Assembly: GCA_951406725.2 (NCBI GenBank)
Contig: OX597828.1
Coordinates: 25,296,001 to 25,360,000, forward strand
Direction of reading: 5' to 3'
Origin: Octopus vulgaris
Taxonomy: Eukaryota
DNA length: 64,000 bases
Position 1 is the first letter of the stretch; every line of letters begins with the position of its first letter. Positions 52,701 to 61,700 of this stretch are shown piece by piece. The translations under genes were made by a program, and so were the position numbers. The notes beneath the pieces are model-generated. The model saw only the letters and a list, made by a program, of their open reading frames with translations. It was not told where the DNA came from and made no database searches.

Positions 52701-55700
52701 ATGCAGCCGTAGAGAAACAACTCAAGCATGATTGCATGACCATGTGATTCAGAAGTTGTCTTAGTAACTGTTTGCTTCTAAACCCACTGTGCAACACTTT
52801 GAGCAAATAGATGTCTTTTCTATCCCCACCAATCAGCCAAAGCTTTGTGAGTGAAGTTCAGTCGACAGAAACTATGTGCCGGACCTTCATGTGTGTGTGG
52901 GTGGGTGAAATCTATTGGCAAGATATGGCTTAATAAAATTGCCAAGGTAGACTGTCTTTTGTCCCTTATGAGATTGATAAAATGAGCAAACCAGTACTAG
53001 AGTTATTGTAATCACCTGCAAGACTTTTGAAAGTGGTGTTTCTGCAAAGTTAGTCTAAAGACTGAGAATAGTGAAAGAATAAAATAACTCCATAATTCAA
53101 AACAGATAAATTTTCAGAATCATTCCAACATTGAATAAATAGTGTTTTTCTTTTATGGTTTTAAAAAAAAAAAAAAAAAAAAGGCGCAGGAGTGGCTGTG
53201 TGGTAAGTAGCTTGCTAATCAGCCACATGGTTCCGGGTTCAGTCCCACTGCATGGCATCTTGGGCAAGTGTCATCTGCTATAGCCCCGGGCCGACCAATA
53301 CCTTGTGAGTGGATTTGGTAGACGGAAACTGAAAGAAGCCTGTCGTATATATGTACATATATATATATATATGTGTGTGTGTGTGTTTGTGTTTGTCCCC
53401 CGAGCATTGCTTGACAACCGATGCTGGTGTGTTTACGTCCCCGTCACTTAGCGGTTCGGCAAAAGAGACCGATAGAATAAGTACTGGGCTTACAAAGAAT
53501 AAGTCCTGGAGTCGATTTACTTGACTAAAGGCGGTGCTCCAGCATGGCCGCTGTCAAATGACTGAAATGAGTAAAAGAGTAAAGAGTAAGAGAGATAGTT
53601 GTACTTTGGCAAGAGAGGTTATGTGAAATCAGTGTGTTGAGACTGGAAAGTCACGTTAGTCATTTAAAATAGACATATATATATATATATATATATATGG
53701 GCGTTAAATGATGATGATTGTTATATTTACTTTATTTTGTAATTGTGTTATATATTTCTATAAACTGTCAGTCTTTTGTACATCTACAACCTCACCACAA
53801 ACACTTACTCCACTGTGGTGTGACAGTACACGCAATCATATAATATTTTACTTACGCTTTCCGTGCTGGCATGCAGATTAAGATTTTCTAGGCCTCTGGG
53901 TTACAAGTATTTTGAAGCTTCTCCCTGTCAGATTTTCAGTAATTTCAATGGCAGAGGCTTCTTCTATGCCTTAATCCAACACAGCTAGCATAGTTTAGCC
54001 AGGTCATTACTGTCTAAGTTGGTTCTTATCTGTCCTTGCTGTCCTCCTTCACAGATTAAGAAACCATGTCACATGAAAAGCATTCAATTTTTAGTATGAG
54101 TTCTATGGTTGGATACTTTTAACACCAACCACTTTATAGGGTGTACTGGGTGCATTTTATCATGGCACCATCACTAGAGAGGCTGTAATATCTCAGACAG
54201 ATTAAACATCCTCTCGACCCTCTGTTGTCTCTACTCATTCGTTAATTACTTCACAAAGTATACCAGGTGCATTATATCTAATATCAGTGCTGTTGAAGTT
54301 GCCTTGTGCTCTGTAAAGCAAAAGCTTACTACTCTACAATGTCTCTATTTAATGCAACATAACCAAGAAGCTGAATAGAAAAGAGAATGATGACAGAATT
54401 ATATTAACAAAAGTTAATATAGTGAAGTATGTATCTTTTAAATAACATTCATGGCTCTGCCACGGGATATAGAGAACGAAAAAAATTTTATGGATAAAGT
54501 TGAACTGTTTATGTTAGTTTAAATGTATATTGATTTTTCCAAAATTATATTCCATTAGCTGATCAACTATTTGAACAAGCTGCTGAAGAAATCTTAAAGA
54601 AAAAACAGTCAATGTTTGACAAATATAGAATTTTACTACTTGAAGAAAGTATGGTAAGTATTTCACATTTCTAAATAATAATTTAAAAAAGAAAAAAAAA
54701 ATGAGAGTGATCGTGATCCTCCTCTTCTGTTATCATCATCAACCTGGCAGAATCATTAGCATGCCAGGCAAAATGCTGCTGTGGTATTCTTTCTTCTGGC
54801 TGTTTATATTCTGAGTTCAAATATTGCTGAAGTCAACGTTGTCTTAAGAGTGGTGAGCTGGCAGAATCGTTGCTGTGTCAGTCAAAATGCTTAGTATTCT
54901 TTTATCCATCTTTAAATTCTGAGTTCAAATGCTGCTGTGGTTGATAAATTAAGTCCCAGTTGAGCACTAAAGTTGATGTAATTGACTAGCTCCCTCTCCA
55001 ATAATTTCAGACTTTGTGCCTGTAGCAGAAAGAGTTTGTTATTATTATTATTTCTCTTTATCACAGGTCTCGTTGGAGCTCCTGGAATCTTTCCTGATTA
55101 TTCTGGCTGTGCCAAGGAGGCAAGCCTTTGTAACAGTTCTGCTGGGCACTCTATTCTAATTTCCTTGACTTTCCCCTTGATGTCTTCTGATACTGTTCCA
55201 AAGGACCCAACAATAATTGGCACTATCTTTACCTTCTTCATTTTCCATAGCCGGGCTATTTTGTACTTCAGAGGGTTGTATCTATCTTTTTGCCTTCCTT
55301 CTTGACTATTCCCGGGTTAAAGGGGCATGCAATATCAACTATATAGTACATGAGGTGCATCATGTCCCCCACCACTAGGTCCGCTCTGTTATGCTCTAGC
55401 ACCTGATCTGTTTGGATTGGGATATCTCAGAGGATTTTGCTAGTCTCCAACTCCACCACACTCTGCAGTTTGTGTTCATATCATGTCTTGCCTTTCTCTA
55501 GCCCCCACTTTTCATACAGTTTCCAATGTAGCACTTTTGCTACCAGATCATGCCACCACAACTTGTAGTGGGTTTGGGCAAGTCTAGGGCATTCGTTTGT
55601 GATATGGGCAATGGTTTCATTCACACTATTGCAGATGTGACACAGTAGAAACACTTGCTCATTCCTAAGGTTGACCCTCCAGTTCATAGCCAAAGCTTGG

Positions 55701-58700
55701 TCCTGCGTTTCTAGTATAGTGTTTTTGGCCTATTTTTGTAGGGTTCCTTTCATCAGCCAACCCCACCTATTTTTCCCTACACCTTCTGTTGTGGCTATAT
55801 GGAACAGATTGCTTGTTGCGTAATTCTTCTTCCTGTCCTTTTTGTACTTCTTCCTTTGTTTTCCCTTTTTTCTGCTCTCAATACCCCCTTGTTTCTGTCA
55901 TTAGCAAGGTTTCCTTACTTTGGGCTAGATATCTCATTAAGCTCTCGAGTTCGATACGCACACACTCTTCCACACTTATCAGTCCTCTTCCTCCATTTGT
56001 TCTCTTCATGTATAGGCAAACAGTGTGTCTGCATGTGGACGATGGGCTCCATGCATTGTTAGGAGCTTTCTTGACTTGCTGTCCGTCTCCTTTAGCTCCT
56101 CCTCTGTCCACTTCAGGATTCCTGTGCCATAATGAACTACTGCGACTGTGCTTGAGTTTATTGCCAGAATTATGTTTCTGGCATTCAGCTTTGAACTTGA
56201 TATTTTTCTTGCCGCAGGTACTCTCTTTTTGTCCTTTCCTTCATGTCGTGGTGTTTGATTCCATCCGCTTCAAGTATTCCCAGGTATTCGTAGCTGGATT
56301 GAGGTTGAATTGCCTTCATCATTTCACCACTTGGCAACCACATGCCTTCTGTCTTGGCAAGCTTTCCTTGTCTCATCACCATCAAAGCACATTTTGAGAG
56401 TCCAAACGCCATCTTAATATCATTGGAGAAAATCTGCACAAACTGGACTAGGCTGTCCAGTTCTGCCTCACTCTTTGTGAATAGCTTCAGGTTGTCCATG
56501 AATAGCAAGTGGTTTAGTTTTCCCTTGCTTCTTCCCAGATCATACCCCAACTTTGTTTTCTGTAGTATTTCAGTCAATTGGATCATTCCCAGCACAAATA
56601 TCAGTGGAGGTACACTCCCCCCCTGGAAGATTCTTCTCTTGATTTTCACTTTTCCTAGTACTTGCTTCCCTGCTGTCAATTCCTTTCTCCAGCATTTCAT
56701 GCTATTCCGTATAAGGCTTCTCATAATTTCTGCTACTCCATACATTTCCATTGTTCTTATTATCCAAGAGTGCGGTATCATACCATATGCTTTGCGATAA
56801 TCAACCCATGCCATGCTCAGGTTAGTATGTCTTCTCTTGCAGTTCCTGATAATTAGATTATCAATTAAGAGCTTATCCTTCATTCCCCGGCTCCTTTTTC
56901 AGCATCCTTTCTTCTCAATGGGTAGCAGTCCATTTTTTTCCAAGTATCTGTACAGTTCACTGGCCAAAGCAGCTGACATTAGTTTCTACATTAGTAGTTG
57001 GCATGTTATTGGTCTAAAGTTGGATGCAGCATTTCCCTTTTCAGGATCCTTGACACATAACAATGTCTTTCCCTTTGTCATCCAGCTGGGTACTGTGCCT
57101 TCTTGCAAGCACACATCTAGCTGTTGTGCTATCTTTTCATGGAGCTCCCTCAGCTTCTTCATCCAATAACCTTGGACCCCATCTGGGCCTGGGCTCTTCT
57201 AATTTGGGAATTTTCTTAACTGCTTCTTCATCATTTCTGTATTTATCTTTGTCTTCTTGAACTTCTATGTTTCTTAACCTATCTTGGATTTCACGCAGTC
57301 ACTCAGCTTCATAATTTTGTTCTACAGGTTGGCTCCAGATCCCTCTCCAGAATGCCCTGCTTTCTTCTGCATCTGATATCATCGTTACGTGTATTTGCCC
57401 ATCTAGTTCCTGAAACAGTTTCTTCTTACTTGCTTCAAACAATCTGTTTTGCCTCAACTGGTTTTTTTCTATTGTGTCATATCTTTCCAGTTTTGCTTCG
57501 ATTGCTACTACCCTTTGCTTCAGTTCTTCCAATATCACATCATACCCTTTACCACTTATTCTATATGTTCTTTCCATCCAGCATTATCCTTATGCTTTCA
57601 ATTTGCAATCCCCCTCTTCTCAATCTATCAACTTGTCCTAAGTCTTATGCCAGTATGGTTCTTTACATTCTGTTTCTTCTTTTCTTTTGTATCCAGTTCT
57701 GTCTGCAACAACCATAGCTGCAGCCCAAACAATCTTCTTAGTCTCAGTTATGTTTCTCATCTGTAAATAGCCCAAGAACTGAATCTCTCTGTTCAGTTTC
57801 AACTTTGAGCTTGCATCGATCTATGTACCTCAGATTGCGGGATGCTTCATCTTGGTCTTCTCTAATATATGTTGGCACAGTGTCTTCAATATGTCTTGTT
57901 GGTCATCATCATATTCCTGTGATATAACTCTTCCTGTTACTTCGGCTTCATTTCTTGAGAATGCATTTATATCTACACTTTACTCTACGTCTTCACTGCC
58001 GCCATTCGTTTTTCTATTCTCACTGGACACCTTATCTGCTGGTGAAATATTATTTCTATATCTTCTACTTATTTCTATATCTTCTACTTTCTATTTCCAT
58101 GCCTGTTAACCACCATTTTGTTCTTATTGCTCTTGCGCGATCGGCTAACTGTTGTGCTCACTTATTTCGAAGAGTCTTGTTTCATTCCATTTTGCTTTCA
58201 TTCATTGTCGGAATCCTTTTCTACTGGGTTCACTCTTGATCCAGTATTCAATTACTGTTCACGTTGCCTCCTTATCCCACCTTCTTCTCTGCCTGTGGTT
58301 TTGTGTATAAGCAGTCTCTGGGTGATGACCAGGCCTGCACTCACAGGGCACCTGCCAGGCAAAAGGCTTTCACCTTTGGTTCCAGCCTCTTTAACATCAT
58401 TATTTGATACATTTGTATTTGACATTTTCATTCAACAATGAGGTTTGTGTTTTAAGGTTAGCCACCAACTGGCATTTTTATCACGACACCCTTTCTAGTA
58501 AGATTGTCAACCATGACTGCAGAGCTCTTACTACCCATAAGTTGAGCCTGTTCCCTTACCATTTCTGTGTGTTGGGGACCATGATCCTGATTCTCACTAG
58601 GAAACAGATGAGCGTCAGTTGGTCCTGTATCTTCATCCAAACATTGCTCCGGACTTAAGTCCCTATTTTTTGTTCATTTGCCTTCCTCCCAGTCATGGAA

Positions 58701-61700
58701 CTGCAGGACACTGACAGGTTGTCACCTCTGTGACTAAGGAGTCCTATCTACCCCAGTTTTTAAGTCAGAGTGTTCCTTCTCCTAGACAGACTATCAACCA
58801 AGGCTCATGAGTTCTGTCTACCCGTTTTCAGAATGACCATTGGTAGAATTGTTTTGAGTGTTTGAAGAAATGCGTGATGGTATTTCTTTTGGTTCTTCAC
58901 ATCGTATTGTTTTAGGTTCTATTCAATCTCTTACCATTGCAAATCTCAAATTCATCTTTCTAATTTCATGTATTCAAGTTTACTTTTTCTTTGTGCATTT
59001 TCATTGTCTGCCTATCTGTATGGGTGAGTGAATGTGTGTGTATGTAGATACCCTTAATTTGTACATAGATTTGGTCATTGTCATATTTAATGATTGATTT
59101 ATTTTATTAAAGCGAGATAAGCCATCAGCTGAAATGGTGATGATCCAGCGAATGCTTAATCAAGATATGACTGCTGTTCTTGAAGAAGAGAGAAAACTGG
59201 CTGCATCCCATCCAGGTAAATACTCCCAGAGTTTGTTAGGGTTATACGACCCTTTAGTGTTTACATTATTCTGCCAAAGTTAATCCTTTTTTATCCACTT
59301 TGTTTTGAACTAATCATTCATCATCTTGTAGTTATGAGAATTTGATGAGGTAGCTGTTAATTTTTAAAACTATATTGTAGGGTTGGTGTGAGAGACCAGA
59401 TCTGGCCATTTGAACATAAAACAGGCAGAATACTTTTGGCCAGATATGGCCGGTCTAAATGCTAAAGAGTTAAATTATTTTTCCTTTTCATTTTAAGGCA
59501 CTTGTTACAAAATGTGCACTGGTGCCCTGAGTGATCTGCTGAGAGGTCAGATATTCATAAGATATCACTGTTTTGTGTTGGTTTCAAAGACTAATACTGG
59601 TTTATGTTCTCAAAGGTCTGACGAGTTTTATTCGTTCACAGGTGTTAGCGCAAATGCTCATAAGCTCAAGGGAGGTAACTCTTCCTGTAAGTTTATCACA
59701 GCAGAGACAATCTCAAGAGCTATACTCCATGGAAATGAAGGCTTGAGTTGGTTTCTCTATAAAGCATTGAGATATTGTACTTACCATAACATCCTACACT
59801 GATTTGATAATCTCTAATTACGTTTTTGAAAAGCCTAGTCTTCAGCAGTTGCAATATTAAGATCAACATCATAGTTTTAATATTCATAATATTTATTTTT
59901 TTGAAGGGGTGGTGGTTGGTTTGCAAGATTGCATATCTTCATTCATATCACTCAAGCATCATATCGATGGGACTTGCTTATAGTTCTGTTCATATATATT
60001 TTTCCTTGTACTTTCTGTGCTTACTCTTACCACAAATGCCTTCTCTTAACTAAATAGTATTTTTTTTGCCACTTGGTGCTTAAGATGAAATCTTGATTAG
60101 TAAGTATTACATTTAACAGAGTAAACTGAATGCTAAAGTGTGAAATGGTTTCCAAACAATTAAAGAATTATAATAATATTTATGAGTTTGGTGGTTATTA
60201 ACTTAATTTTTAGAGTGTATAGATGCAGTGTTCCAGATGTGTTGTTTTTGATAGATTTAAACTAAGAGTTTTTACTTTTAAAGTAATAACATATCAGGGT
60301 TGTACTTGCTTGATTACTGATTAGGATCTGAGACTGTAAATTGAAACTAAAACGATTGTAGCATGGAGGACACATGTTGGCCATTCAAAAAAACACAAAC
60401 GCACACTGTTAACTTTATATAAACATTTATTTGGTGTCAAAATTTATGTCACACCAATTGTGACCTGATCACTGACATAGTTCCACTGTAGCCTTAAGAA
60501 AGGTAATAACATTCTTAATCATGAAGCCATCTTCTAGAATGAGACACATGATGATGACTGGAGATAAAAAAAAAACAATCGAAAACCTAAAATAATAATT
60601 CATTTTGGATTTTTTAGATTTTGTCAACTTGAGGAACAGTCAAATCTTGATGTTTTACAGATTGTTATCCTACAAATGAAAGTTTCTCTTTTTCTTTGGC
60701 TTGTAATAGAATTACAATTTGGTTTCTACTTCATGATATTGTGGTTTGTATCTGACTTGGTTTCACTGGCTGTGCATGTAGAAGTTACAGTTTAGACAGT
60801 GTGTCTCCAATCTCTAATGCTATTATATGTTCTTAGTAAATATACTTAACTCCTACTGGGCCCTAGTTTATGTATCTGGGGCTGGTGATTGTTGCTGGTC
60901 ATTGCTGTTAATTTGAGATTGTTATTAGTTTGTGTGTGAGTGCATGTATGCAAGTGAGTTTATTTGTGATTTGTTTGGCACACATCTTTCTAAAACTAAC
61001 ATAACTTCGTTTTTTAGATTATTAAATTATTGTTATAATTGATTCAAATACGAAATAGATTTTTGATTTTGTTTAACTTTTGTTTTTGCAGATGCTTTTG
61101 AACCAATGCCAGTAAAGCTGCTTAAACTAGACAAAGAATCTGAAAATTCTGATTTCAAACAGGAATGTGTTAAAGCAGAACCTGTTGATGAATACATCCA
61201 ATGTAAATCTAACTCCCAAAGTAAAATGGGTCATGTTAATGTGCATAAAAAGGAAGTTATCGATAGCAAGGATGAACGTTCTGAAACGGGGAAGAAGTGG
61301 AAATGTTCTGAACCTGAACGAAGCCACTCTCCTCCACACAGTGTGAAGCTAGTCATCCGAAATGATGGTGTCAGTTTTAGTAGCAGCCTCTCACTTAAGG
61401 TGAAAAAAGAAAAGTCACGGAAATCACAAAAGACTGTGAAATCAGAACCACTCAGTAGTGTTTCAATAAAGAAAGAGCCTCCAGACATCAAACCACAGTT
61501 GCCTGAAGTTAAACCGGCTCCTTTCAGTCAAGAGAACTATGATGAGTGGAAAACGTCGTCGTCATCGAACAATTTGTCAGCAGTCAAGCAAGAATCTTCG
61601 TCCTATCATAGTTGTGCTGCTGCTGCTGTGGCCCGAACAACTGCAGTAGCAACCACAACTCCCACAACGACAACTCCTGTAACTATGTTACCCCTTTCAA

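Noticed and set aside
53183-53260. tRNA-like A/B boxes (also 29890-29963 and 34700-34740)
   Set aside because: SINE heads; no complete cloverleaf could be drawn
56185-56883. 232-aa RT ORF as an active or domesticated reverse transcriptase
   Set aside because: Catalytic DD reads DN and neighbouring segments are frameshifted; dead LINE copy
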